NCBI GenBank assembly: GCA_023271875.1
Contig: JALPWY010000002.1
Location: forward strand, 1,251-65,250
DNA from: Nitrospinaceae bacterium
GTDB taxonomy: Bacteria > Nitrospinota > Nitrospinia > Nitrospinales > VA-1
Reading direction: 5' to 3'
Length of the DNA stretch: 64,000 nucleotides
Under the pieces are notes generated by a model, which worked only from the letters and a program-made list of their open reading frames with translations, did no database searches and had not been told where the DNA came from. The first letter of the stretch is position 1, and every line of letters starts with the position of its first letter. This document shows, in pieces, positions 50,171-59,777 of this stretch. A program made the translations under genes and the position numbers.

Positions 50171-50992
50171 TTAGATCCGTGGTTTTTTTCTCAAAAGAGT
50201 AACAAATATTGACAGAAACATTTTAAACACATAATAAATAGATTGGGGACCATCGTGCATAGATTTTTCAATTTTGCTTGGGTGCATCTTTACAGGAATT
50301 TCACGGATTGTGAACCCACATCGGCTAAGCATGATCAAAAAATCCGCGTCTGGATAATCGGGTGGATAATAATCACTGGCAACAAAGTCAATAGCCTTCC
50401 CCTTGACTGCTTGAAACCCAGAGGTCGGGTCCGAGACTATTTCTTGGCAAAACAAGGATGCCAGCTTCCCGAAGACAAACATCCCAACCCGCTTCGCTAT
50501 GGATGTTTGATAGGTGTTTTGTCCCAGAAAACGAGAACCGATGACTACATCCACATCGCTACTATTAACCGTACTTAATAAATCCTGAATACATGCAGGG
50601 TCATGCTGACCGTCCGCATCCATTTGAACCACTATGGAGTAGTTATGTTTGCGTGCATAAAGATATCCGGTTTGTAAGGCAACACCATAGCCGGAGTTAT
50701 ATGGAAGTGAAATTACTCGCACCCCATGTTCTTCTGCGATTTGTGCAGTTTGGTCTACGGAACCATCATTGACAACAAGAATCGGAATTTCCGGGGCATT
50801 TTGTTTCACATCCTCAAGAACTTGACCAATACTGGCTTCTTCATTAAAAGATGGTATGACAATAAGGATTTTGTGACGATCGCCCAGAGGTACTTTCCGG
50901 TGCAAAGATGCTGGTGGTTCCTCTGACAAAAAATCCAGAGAAACACTTCGCCCCGTAATCCATTCGGTTTGTTTCTGTTTGAGCTGATTCAA
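50171..50992 (-). CDS. GT2 (DPM synthase-like) glycosyltransferase
   Basis: PSFNEE, DGSVD, DADGQH, GSRF, DPTSGF; true start uncertain. Confidence 0.9.
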   Translation of the reverse strand: MNQLKQKQTEWITGRSVSLDFLSEEPPASLHRKVPLGDRHKILIVIPSFNEEASIGQVLEDVKQNAPEIPILVVNDGSVDQTAQIAEEHGVRVISLPYNSGYGVALQTGYLYARKHNYSIVVQMDADGQHDPACIQDLLSTVNSSDVDVVIGSRFLGQNTYQTSIAKRVGMFVFGKLASLFCQEIVSDPTSGFQAVKGKAIDFVASDYYPPDYPDADFLIMLSRCGFTIREIPVKMHPSKIEKSMHDGPQSIYYVFKMFLSIFVTLLRKKPRI

Positions 50993-51469
50993 TTGGTTGG
51001 TCCACTATTGTTGAGGTAGGTCAATTCTTTCTAATTACCGCCTTGCCCGTAGAAAATCCTCACCACAGGAAAAACTCTTCTACCCATCTATGGATAGAAC
51101 GGGTTATGAGCGAATAAACTTAACACTGCTTAGGCTTTTATTGTAGTAGATTTGTAAGTTATTATAAAAATTATGGTTATTGTGTTTTGTGGGGGATGGG
51201 ATGGCATAGGCAAAACAGTTCTTTTGGTGACCTTTTGGGCTCAATTGATTGGAGTGGTTTTGACAGAAGTTTTTTAGCAGTTTCTTGATGGGTTTATGGC
51301 TATGAAACGATTGTTTGGGTTGTCTTGGTGAGCACACAATCATGGTGGTGTAGAAATTTTTCTAGCAATGAGTAGACGGTACGAGGGGATTTTTTTCTCC
51401 ACCTTTACATCTTTGGAATAGAACTGTTAAAATCCTTTATTACGTAGAATTTTGGGGGTCCCTTGATTC

Positions 51470-51667
51470 ATGAATGAAAAGACGTTGGCCATTGCCTTGT
51501 TCACTATTCTGGGAATAGGATTTGTGGGGGTCCTGTTTGTTGTATTTCCATGGATTTTCAGCCATGGTTTTTCAAACTGGGCACAGACGTTGATTGATGA
51601 TGGTTTGATCATCGTTTGCTTAATCATGCTCGTGTACGGTTTTTATATGAATACCAGGATGCACTGA
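51470..51667 (+). CDS. Small two-TM hypothetical protein
   Basis: ATG start, two clean hydrophobic helices, no overlap with neighbours. Confidence 0.6.
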   Translation: MNEKTLAIALFTILGIGFVGVLFVVFPWIFSHGFSNWAQTLIDDGLIIVCLIMLVYGFYMNTRMH

Positions 51668-51703
51668 ATCAATATTGTTTCAGGGTGTACTTCCTGCCAT
51701 GTT

Positions 51704-52498
51704 TCACAATGAAAACTTCTTTGGGCACCGTATTTTTTGGTAGAGCAGCCAAAATAACATGAGTGTCAAACTCGTGCCACAGGCTCCGAGAGCCCATTCC
51801 TCTATATAAAAAGTAACCGCGAGATTAAACAGCAGAACCCCAAAATAGAGTGCTGGACCGAGCAAAGCCTGTGCAGGGAATTCTTGTTCTTTGTAAGGTA
51901 ATATTTGATCTAGGTATCCGTCCAACCGGGTGAAACTGTAAAGAATGGATGCGCCTACCAGTAACCACCCAAAAAAATTGGTGAGGGGAATGTTGAAATA
52001 CTCTCCTTGCTCCTTGTAGGTGTAAATCTTTCCCAGGAACCATCGATCCCCCTGGAATGCGATCGGGTCGATGATGACATCCATCAACATGAAAAATATT
52101 GCTCCTGAAAATACCACCCTCAGCGACTTTCTAACGCGAGCACTTTCTACCAACCGTATATTCCACCGATCTATTTTTAGGGGGGACCACATAAAAAGGG
52201 CCATCGTATAGGCCACGTAAGCAAGGAAAGAGTAGGATAATGAGTCCATGAAGGGGACGTTGGATAACCACAGCTCCTGGCCCCTAGTTGTTTCTATGTA
52301 TTCATAGAACCCATAGGGAAACCCGATTCGAGTCGATGAATATTCCGATAGAAAAGCAATGGTATAAGCCAGTAGGGTAAAAACGATGGAACGTACCAGT
52401 CCCATGTTGAGTATGGCAATGGTTAAATAGATAGCAAGAAATACGAAGACATAAGGACGAAGTACAATAGTTCCCAAGAGTAATGTCGGCCACTCCAT
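51704..52498 (-). CDS. CruF-like (DUF422) carotenoid-biosynthesis family membrane protein
   Basis: SE....GFPYG.Y.Y, VP, D..IDP, YF.IPL.NF.GW. Confidence 0.82.
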   Translation of the reverse strand: MEWPTLLLGTIVLRPYVFVFLAIYLTIAILNMGLVRSIVFTLLAYTIAFLSEYSSTRIGFPYGFYEYIETTRGQELWLSNVPFMDSLSYSFLAYVAYTMALFMWSPLKIDRWNIRLVESARVRKSLRVVFSGAIFFMLMDVIIDPIAFQGDRWFLGKIYTYKEQGEYFNIPLTNFFGWLLVGASILYSFTRLDGYLDQILPYKEQEFPAQALLGPALYFGVLLFNLAVTFYIEEWALGACGTSLTLMLFWLLYQKIRCPKKFSL

Positions 52499-52507
52499 AT
52501 AGTTTTC

Positions 52508-53500
52508 TCAGCGTGTTAGGTAGTTGTTGTCTTTAAACCAGTCCACCGACTGCCTTAATGCATTTTCGACGGGGCTCTGCGCAAGCCCAAGTTTCTGGAC
52601 GGCTTTGGATGAATCAAAATACATGAAATACTTGGCCATTTTTACTCCGGCCAAGGGGACTGCGGGCGGTTTCCCGGTCAAATGATTTGACACCATTTCG
52701 CAAGCCCAGCCGGCGCTCAATGCCACCCAGAAGGGCATTTTGATACGGGGTGCTTTGAGACCGGTAATCTTTTCCAGGGTGACCAGGATATCAAGTAAAG
52801 ACATGTTCTGGTTGCCGAGGATGTATCGCTCTCCCGGGACCCCTTTTTGTTCTGCAAGGATATGGCCCCTGGCGCAATCTTTTACATCAATGAGGTTAAG
52901 GCCGGTATCGAGATAGGCGGGCATCTCACGGTTTAGGAAATCCAGTATGATTTTCCCCGTGGGTGTGGGCTTGATGTCTCTTGGGCCTACCGGTGTGCTT
53001 GGGTTGACAATGACCACGGGCAGACCACCGCGGAAAAACTCCAAGGCCACCTGCTCTGCCTGGTATTTCGATTTTTTGTAGTCGTTGGATAAAGTGGTTT
53101 GGTTGAAAAAAGTGTTTTCGGTTGCCGGGGTCGTGTCTTCGTTGAGTCCGATGCAGCCCACAGTACTTGTGTACACGATTTTTTCAAGACCCTTCTCCTT
53201 GGTTGCCTGAAGAATGTTTCGGGTTCCCTCCACATTGATTTCATATATGAGTTGTTGGTCACGATTCCATAAGCTGTAATAAGCAGCGACGTGGTACAAA
53301 ATATCGCAGCCGTTTAAGGCAGACCGAATCGATTCGGAATCTCTAAGATCACCATAAGCGATCTCTACATCCAGCCCATCGATATTTGCTGTATCGGCAT
53401 CCTTTCGAATCAGGAGTTTTACTTCACGGCCGTCGTCAAGCAGCTCGCGTAAAACAGCAGAACCCAGGAATCCAGTGGAGCCGGTGATAAGAGTTTTCAT
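52508..53500 (-). CDS. hpnA: Hopanoid-associated sugar epimerase
   Basis: TGSTGFLGS, HVAAYYSLW, YKKSK, NPSTPVGPRDIKPTPTG. Confidence 0.88.
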   Translation of the reverse strand: MKTLITGSTGFLGSAVLRELLDDGREVKLLIRKDADTANIDGLDVEIAYGDLRDSESIRSALNGCDILYHVAAYYSLWNRDQQLIYEINVEGTRNILQATKEKGLEKIVYTSTVGCIGLNEDTTPATENTFFNQTTLSNDYKKSKYQAEQVALEFFRGGLPVVIVNPSTPVGPRDIKPTPTGKIILDFLNREMPAYLDTGLNLIDVKDCARGHILAEQKGVPGERYILGNQNMSLLDILVTLEKITGLKAPRIKMPFWVALSAGWACEMVSNHLTGKPPAVPLAGVKMAKYFMYFDSSKAVQKLGLAQSPVENALRQSVDWFKDNNYLTR

Positions 53501-53635
53501 TATTAAAAAAGAAGGCTGATTGATAAAAAATGGAAGACCTTGAAAACAAATACGACCTCACTTGACGATACATCATGACTTGGTCAAGGAAGTTTCCAGG
53601 AATTCAAACACCAAGTATGATAGAGGGAATGGTAG

Positions 53636-54691
53636 TTAAATAAAGATTTTTATTGCTGATTTTTTTCGTAAACCAGACAAGTAACTTTTGAGTTGTTTTT
53701 CTGTCTCCAGTTTTAATAGGTGGTTGAGTATGTCTGGTTTCACCTCGTCTAACGCGATTAAGTGGCTTTCTTTTTTTTCCGTCAACTGAATGATGTGAAA
53801 CCCGAGAGAGCTTTCAATGACACTACTTATCTCCCCAACCTTTAGCTCTACCATGGCACTTGAAACTTCAGGGAGTGTCTGGTTTTTCATCATAAAGCCC
53901 AGATCGCCTCCTTTTACTGAGGTCTTGGGATCTTCAGAAAATTCTTTTGCGACACTTGCAAACGGCTTCCCTTTTTTTAGAGCTAATAAAGCCAGATTAA
54001 TTTTTTTTCGGGCCTCGTTTTTGACCCAGTCGATGATCTCCCTTGCCTTCGCCCGGTCCTTTTTTGATTCGGCTTGCCCGTCGCCGGGGTCAGGAATAGA
54101 AACGTAGATGTGGCTGATCTTAAAAGTTTCCGGTTTGATGAAGGTAGCTTTATTTTTATCATAAAAAGATTTCACCTTATCATCGATGACTTGAACCTTT
54201 GGCGCAATGTTGGTTCGAACAAACTCGTCTTTAACCAGAGTTTTTTTAATATTTTTTTTAAGAACATCGAAGGTGAGGCGCTGCGCGGCAAGTGCGGCAA
54301 GGAAAAGTTTTTTGTCCGGGAACTGGGATTGGATATGGTTGAGTTCACGGTCGATGGTAGCCGAATCGATATTGATATTTTGTTTGAGCCCCTCTTGATA
54401 AATCAGTTCATCATCAATGGCCTTCATTAAGAGGCCCTGTGCAATTTTTCCTTCATCTTCGGTTTCAATATTTTCCCCCTGCCGGTTTGCCAGCAGTCGG
54501 TAAGCAATCATCTCCCGTTTGAGCAATTCAGAGCTCAATTTAGTTCCATTTACCGAGGCAACGACTTTAGGGGCAGGTTTCCCATTGATAGTGAATTCCG
54601 ATTTATTTTTAGCGAGCGCTATCCCAGAAAAAGCGATCAAAAAAGCTGAGGCGTATAGAAAATGGCGATTAATAAATGGGAATAGGCTCAT
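53636..54691 (-). CDS. SurA/PrsA-like periplasmic parvulin foldase
   Basis: Signal peptide, VASVNG, SHI, FSED..GGDLG, GFHII. Confidence 0.88.
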   Translation of the reverse strand: MSLFPFINRHFLYASAFLIAFSGIALAKNKSEFTINGKPAPKVVASVNGTKLSSELLKREMIAYRLLANRQGENIETEDEGKIAQGLLMKAIDDELIYQEGLKQNINIDSATIDRELNHIQSQFPDKKLFLAALAAQRLTFDVLKKNIKKTLVKDEFVRTNIAPKVQVIDDKVKSFYDKNKATFIKPETFKISHIYVSIPDPGDGQAESKKDRAKAREIIDWVKNEARKKINLALLALKKGKPFASVAKEFSEDPKTSVKGGDLGFMMKNQTLPEVSSAMVELKVGEISSVIESSLGFHIIQLTEKKESHLIALDEVKPDILNHLLKLETEKQLKSYLSGLRKKSAIKIFI

Positions 54692-54885
54692 CGTGGTTTT
54701 CTATTTCTTGAATGTGTATTGAAATTCAGAGTAAAAGATTGCTCATCGAGAAACATGGTCGGTTTAGGCTGTGTATGGTAAACCTCATGATAGATTTGGT
54801 CAAGAGGCTGATTCAAATTACTCAAGAAGATTTCTTTTTTTAGGAAGTGGAGGAGATTGGAGATCAGCTCTTACTAAACGGAGAT

Positions 54886-54927
54886 AAAAAAAATCCCCGA
54901 CTAGGACAATGCCTGAATCGGGGATTT
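54886..54927 (-). terminator. Intrinsic terminator of the porin gene
   Basis: AAATCCCCGA...TCGGGGATTT stem with a U-tract on the minus strand. Confidence 0.85.
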
Positions 54928-54949
54928 CGAAAAGAAACTTGTTTGTTAC

Positions 54950-56380
54950 TTAGAACTTCGTGTCAAGCATTACAAACATCCAGTCGGAATCGTCGTTTCC
55001 TGTTGAGCTAGTAGCTCCTGCGTTGACGTCTGATGCGCCTCCAGTGTTCATCATCGAAAAGGTATTAGAGGTCCAATAATGGGAATAACCCATTACTAGC
55101 TTGGTATTCGCATCATACTTGTGAATCAATACTAGATCTAACTCAGAACCCAAGTCTCGTTCCACCTGGCCATTTAAGATGGCATCGGAAGCAACATAGG
55201 TGTTTGCGTCACCGCCAGATGCGTCTACTGCGGTGTTGAACCAATGCATGTCAGCTTTTAACGTCCAACCAGGTTTTGGTGACATTTTAGTTTTTATAGC
55301 AAAATCTTCTAGACCTAAACCTCTTGTACCTTGATTAGCGGCATTTAGGTAAAAGTCTTGGAAACCATAAAACTTGTGACCGGTATCAGACAGGGTGTCA
55401 AAAGTCCCGTACTCAGTACCAGTTACATCGTCATCATCGGTTCCAGACAAACGATCGTACCAGAAGGTGATGGTTGGTTTCGCTTGAGCATTTTTAAAGG
55501 TTTTCCCTATGCGAATACCAAACATATCCGCACTTCTGTCGATGTCTGTACTATTGTTAACAGTAGTGCCATAACCTGACAAAGCATTTGCTGCTGCTCC
55601 AGCTTCACCAAACTGATGGTAGTACTCTACTCTGTAATCTATACCTCCTAGTTTGCCAGCTTGTCTCGCACCAATCGTATACCAAGTCATTTTGTCATCA
55701 GCCCCAGTGGTAGCTGTTCCATCCTCCGTCATAACGAAGTAAGCAGAAAGATTGCCGCCCATCACACCTTGTGTATTACCATGTAGAACGTACATATCCT
55801 CGTTCTGCTCGTTGCTATTGGCGACAGAGTCTGAATTTCTGCCAGCTATGTAAATAGCATTAATGGCGTGGTTTCCAGCTGCATGCGTTAAACGGATAGC
55901 ATCCTTGGTCTCGCCACCTGTTGTCCATCCAGTGTGACCGAAAAGTCGGTGACCATCTAAAACGACTTCCTGACGACCAATTTTAGTAGTGAGACCTGTG
56001 TTAAAAAAGTTTTTAAAGGTCACAAAAGCTTGGTGGAATCCAACGTCGGACAGTTCGTCACTCGCCTGTGCAGCAGCACCAGCGCCAGTACCACCACCCT
56101 GAGATATACGTGTACCAGCTTCATAATCTGGTGTCGTACCCCAGACACCTACTGATTGGAACTGAAGGAAAGCGCTTGTGTTTGCATTAATGTTCGCCTT
56201 TGCGTTCAAACGGATTCGTGTATCAAATTGTTTTGCAGAATCATTTGCATCAACAGAATCTGAGTCACTTATGAATCTGGGTCTGACTTGACCGCTGAAG
56301 GACACATCCGCAGCCTGCGCAACCGTGGTCGCTACCATGAAGATAGCAACAGCAACTGTTAATATAAAGTTTCTTTTCAT
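54950..56380 (-). CDS. Outer-membrane beta-barrel porin (alginate export family)
   Basis: Signal peptide, IGRQE..LD..RL.G, GHKFYG..D, LGSELD, C-terminal Phe; GGAGG RBS. Confidence 0.88.
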   Translation of the reverse strand: MKRNFILTVAVAIFMVATTVAQAADVSFSGQVRPRFISDSDSVDANDSAKQFDTRIRLNAKANINANTSAFLQFQSVGVWGTTPDYEAGTRISQGGGTGAGAAAQASDELSDVGFHQAFVTFKNFFNTGLTTKIGRQEVVLDGHRLFGHTGWTTGGETKDAIRLTHAAGNHAINAIYIAGRNSDSVANSNEQNEDMYVLHGNTQGVMGGNLSAYFVMTEDGTATTGADDKMTWYTIGARQAGKLGGIDYRVEYYHQFGEAGAAANALSGYGTTVNNSTDIDRSADMFGIRIGKTFKNAQAKPTITFWYDRLSGTDDDDVTGTEYGTFDTLSDTGHKFYGFQDFYLNAANQGTRGLGLEDFAIKTKMSPKPGWTLKADMHWFNTAVDASGGDANTYVASDAILNGQVERDLGSELDLVLIHKYDANTKLVMGYSHYWTSNTFSMMNTGGASDVNAGATSSTGNDDSDWMFVMLDTKF

Positions 56381-56401
56381 TTTTTTGTCTCCTCCAAAGT
56401 T

Positions 56402-56454
56402 TTACTAACAAGTTTCACTAAACTATAAACATTACTAACAATTATTACTAACAA
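56402..56454. repeat. Three TTACTAACAA direct repeats upstream of the porin RBS
   Basis: Exact 10-mers at 56402, 56432 and 56445. Confidence 0.8.
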
Positions 56455-56605
56455 TTTCAGATTCTAACCAAATCTAAAAAAAGCAAGCTAAACTAAAAAA
56501 ACATATTCGGTTAACCTTAAAAAAACCTAACGCAAGGCCCCGGAGCACTATAAAATAACTCCAGATGTTGCAAAATACACACTTACCGAGTCTACAATCT
56601 AGACG

Positions 56606-56634
56606 ACTTTATCGCATTCGTGTAATTAAAGCAA
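56606..56634 (-). promoter_or_regulatory. Putative sigma70 promoter of the porin
   Basis: TTGCTT-17 nt-TAAAGT followed upstream by an A/T tract. Confidence 0.45.
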
Positions 56635-56691
56635 CATCTTTTTTAAATTTTTTTTAATGCACAGATGACCTGTTTTACCCGCTTAGAATAC

Positions 56692-58530
56692 TCACTTCTG
56701 CCATAAGTAGGTGTAAATCGTACTTAAGGTCTTCCCGCCAAAACCACGTTTTTCCACAACGGTAGCCATATGCAAGCTTTCGGGACTGTTTTTTTGGGCT
56801 TTCAGAATGCCATACCCGGCAAGATACCCCTTTTGTTTCCTCATTTCAACGGATTTTTCAAACCCCTCCCTTGTGAGGTTGAGGAAGGCCATACGGCTAT
56901 TTGGATCCACCACGACACCAGGCAGAAGGCTGCCTGCAGCCGACTCAATCTTCGGTAAGACAAGATAGCGTTTTGCTCCTTGGCGGATAAAGCTTAGCCT
57001 GCCTCTGTATTGGACTGGGTCGCCTACTCGAACAATCCCTGCAGCGTCTTCACTCACCCCTACCTCTATCAACCGCGGGTCACGCCCGTAGGATTCGTTA
57101 GACTGCACCAGGACTCGACCACTAGCGCTGTAGACTCGGAGGTACCCATCTTTGTCAAGCATTACGATTTCGTTCTTGCCGTCTTCATTGATATCTGCCA
57201 GGGTGAGTCCGTAGAGTATGAATTCTGTGCCATAAATCGTCGGGAGATTTAACTTTTTAGCAGGGAGATAACGGTCTTTCCTGAATTCCATCTTGCTTAT
57301 AGGGCCGTGGAACGGGTCATTGTATCCGGGAGCCTGGGTCAGGAGAACGGGTTTTCTCCCAAATGGACGGATGATTCGGAAATACAATCTGACGTCATCC
57401 CAGATTTTTTGCAGTTTTTTCTTACCACGATGCGCTTCTAAAACAAAAGAGCTCAAATCATTTCCTAGATGATCAGCAACAAAAATCTCATCGCGCCCAT
57501 TTTTATTAATATCTCCCACATCTACAGCCAGGAATGTATGGTTTCTGTTCTCTGCTTTGAATTGTGCTACTCGTTTTAGTCGGTTGTTTTTGTAGTCGTA
57601 AATGATCACACGGTTAGGCGTTATGACTACAAGTTCCTCACGTCCGTCGCCGTTTATATCGCCCACATCTAAATCTACAATCTTGAATAGAAATTCCTGT
57701 TTGCCAACGTATTTGACTAGCCCTTCTTTAGGGGGTAAAAAACTCCGCTGAACCTGATTTTCTCTGGGAGACGCCAGCTTTGCACGTTGGCCTGGCAGTT
57801 GCTCTGACAAAATTCTAGCTTGTTTTTCAAGTCGGCCTGTTCGAGCGGAGTAGAGCTTGTAGCTTATGACTAGTTTTTTCTTGATTGAACCGACACTTGA
57901 AACCAACAGGTAGTCTGCTTTGACTTGATCGCTCAGTTGATCCAGGTGCTTCGGTGTAAGCAGGCCCTGGACACTCAGGTTATTCTCCAACAGCCACAAG
58001 TCCAACTCGAAGGACGGGACCTGGAACCGGGGGTGACTTGCAAGTTTTTCTTCAAGCTGTATACGAAGGAGGTCACGATCGCTTGTTTTCTTCTTGGTTT
58101 CGATTCTCGGGGTCGCGACCACGAATGTAAGCTCGTTGAAAGGACTTCGAACCCCGTCGCTCGCTCGCGCGAGGGTGGTAGGGTCCATCAGTTTCGCTAG
58201 AGAAAAGTTTTGCCTGACCTCTATGATTTCAACCTCGCCCAGGTCGGTTTCCTTGCGACCGATCTTTTTTTTGCTGACCGGGTGGATGATATCCCTACCG
58301 AAACGGATGAGCTCCAACCGATCACCTTGCTTGATCGGTTGCCCCTGCTTGAGGTCCAGAGTCAGAATTTTCCGGTCAACGGAGACCACCACCCCCTCCA
58401 GAGGAGGAAACATAGAATCGATCTGGCTGACAATGCGGTCGAGACTCTCAGCGGAGGCACCTAAGACGGGTGTTGTTCCAAAAAACCAAAATACACACAC
58501 AAGGACAAATGATAGGCTATGTTTTTTCAT
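56692..58530 (-). CDS. Exported FG-GAP/VCBS repeat protein
   Basis: Signal peptide; DVGDINGDGREE, DINKNGRDE and DINEDGKNE Ca-binding repeats. Confidence 0.82.
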   Translation of the reverse strand: MKKHSLSFVLVCVFWFFGTTPVLGASAESLDRIVSQIDSMFPPLEGVVVSVDRKILTLDLKQGQPIKQGDRLELIRFGRDIIHPVSKKKIGRKETDLGEVEIIEVRQNFSLAKLMDPTTLARASDGVRSPFNELTFVVATPRIETKKKTSDRDLLRIQLEEKLASHPRFQVPSFELDLWLLENNLSVQGLLTPKHLDQLSDQVKADYLLVSSVGSIKKKLVISYKLYSARTGRLEKQARILSEQLPGQRAKLASPRENQVQRSFLPPKEGLVKYVGKQEFLFKIVDLDVGDINGDGREELVVITPNRVIIYDYKNNRLKRVAQFKAENRNHTFLAVDVGDINKNGRDEIFVADHLGNDLSSFVLEAHRGKKKLQKIWDDVRLYFRIIRPFGRKPVLLTQAPGYNDPFHGPISKMEFRKDRYLPAKKLNLPTIYGTEFILYGLTLADINEDGKNEIVMLDKDGYLRVYSASGRVLVQSNESYGRDPRLIEVGVSEDAAGIVRVGDPVQYRGRLSFIRQGAKRYLVLPKIESAAGSLLPGVVVDPNSRMAFLNLTREGFEKSVEMRKQKGYLAGYGILKAQKNSPESLHMATVVEKRGFGGKTLSTIYTYLWQK

Positions 58531-58565
58531 AAATCTTTACCAAATTATGAAGAGAAATTTCTGAA

Positions 58566-59777
58566 TTATTCGAGCAGTTGTACGGTGACTTCGGTTCCCT
58601 CCGTCATTTCGGTCAACTCTAGGGGAAAGATGAGCAGTCCGTTTGCATTGACGGTGGACTTCAGGATTCCGGATCCTTGCTCCTGAGTCGGGTTGACCGT
58701 ACATGCACCGTTTTCCCATTGTACGTAGGCACTTAGAAAATGCTGGCGTCCCGCTTTTTTGTGGATGGTGCGGGTCAGTTTGGCCTGAACCGACCGATGG
58801 CTCAACTGGGTCGCCCCCATCATTTTGCGGATGGAGGGTCGAACAAACTGCTCGAAGGACACGAAAGAGGATACCGGATTGCCAGGTAACCCGAATATCG
58901 GGACATCGTCTATTCTGCCAAAGGCCAAAGGTTTTCCAGGTTTCATCGCCACCTTCCAGAACAGCATCTCCTGCCCCATTTTTTTAAGGCTGGCCTTAAC
59001 CAGGTCGTAGTCGCCCACCGAAACTCCGCCCGACGAGACCACCATATCGCATTGCAGCGCCCACTTGAATTTTTCCATCAAGTCCTCTTCGTTATCGCGC
59101 GCGATACCAAGATATGAAGGGGTGCCCCCCGCGGACTTGATCTGTGCTGCCAGCATATATCCGTTACTGTTATAAATGCAGGGTCCGCTCAGAGGGTCGT
59201 CCAGATCCATGATCTCATCACCGGTGGAAAGTATCGCCACGCTGGGGCGTCGTCCCACCAAAACAGAGGACCGCCCCACCACGGCCATCATCCCTATATG
59301 CGCTGGAAGAAGGTCGGCACCCTTTTTGATGACGGTCTCGCCTTCACGGACATCCTCACCCGCGTCACGAATGTTTTCTCGGGTTTCTGCCTTGTCCTTG
59401 ACTTGAACACGGTTGCCATCGCGCTCGGTGTCCTCCTGCATGATCACCGAGTCGGCTCCTTCGGGGATAGGGGCTCCTGTCATGATGCGGACTGCCTGAC
59501 CTGACTTTACTACCATCTCAGGAGTGTAGCCGGCTGCCAGGTCCTCTATGATATCCAAGGTTACCGGGGTATCTGGTGTCGCCGATTGAATATCGTTCGC
59601 GATGAGCGCGTAACCATCCATGGCCGAGTTGTCCATCGGTGGGTTGTTGCGTCGAGCCACGATATCCTCAGATAGGATGCGACCAAGCGCCTCGTTGATA
59701 GATACTTTCTCGGTTCCTTGAACCTCGATTTTTTCAAGAATGACTTTTCGTGCTTCGTCTACTTTGATTGAACTCAT
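58566..59777 (-). CDS. moeA: Molybdopterin molybdotransferase
   Basis: SAMDGYA, IMTGAP.P.GAD, STGDE, SGGVSVG, PGKP, LPGNPVS. Confidence 0.96.
   Translation of the reverse strand: MSSIKVDEARKVILEKIEVQGTEKVSINEALGRILSEDIVARRNNPPMDNSAMDGYALIANDIQSATPDTPVTLDIIEDLAAGYTPEMVVKSGQAVRIMTGAPIPEGADSVIMQEDTERDGNRVQVKDKAETRENIRDAGEDVREGETVIKKGADLLPAHIGMMAVVGRSSVLVGRRPSVAILSTGDEIMDLDDPLSGPCIYNSNGYMLAAQIKSAGGTPSYLGIARDNEEDLMEKFKWALQCDMVVSSGGVSVGDYDLVKASLKKMGQEMLFWKVAMKPGKPLAFGRIDDVPIFGLPGNPVSSFVSFEQFVRPSIRKMMGATQLSHRSVQAKLTRTIHKKAGRQHFLSAYVQWENGACTVNPTQEQGSGILKSTVNANGLLIFPLELTEMTEGTEVTVQLLE

Noticed and set aside
51173-51277. Short ORF MVIVFCGGWDGIGKTVLL with a P-loop-like look
   Set aside because: It is only ~34 codons with no RBS and no continuing kinase motifs; probably chance.
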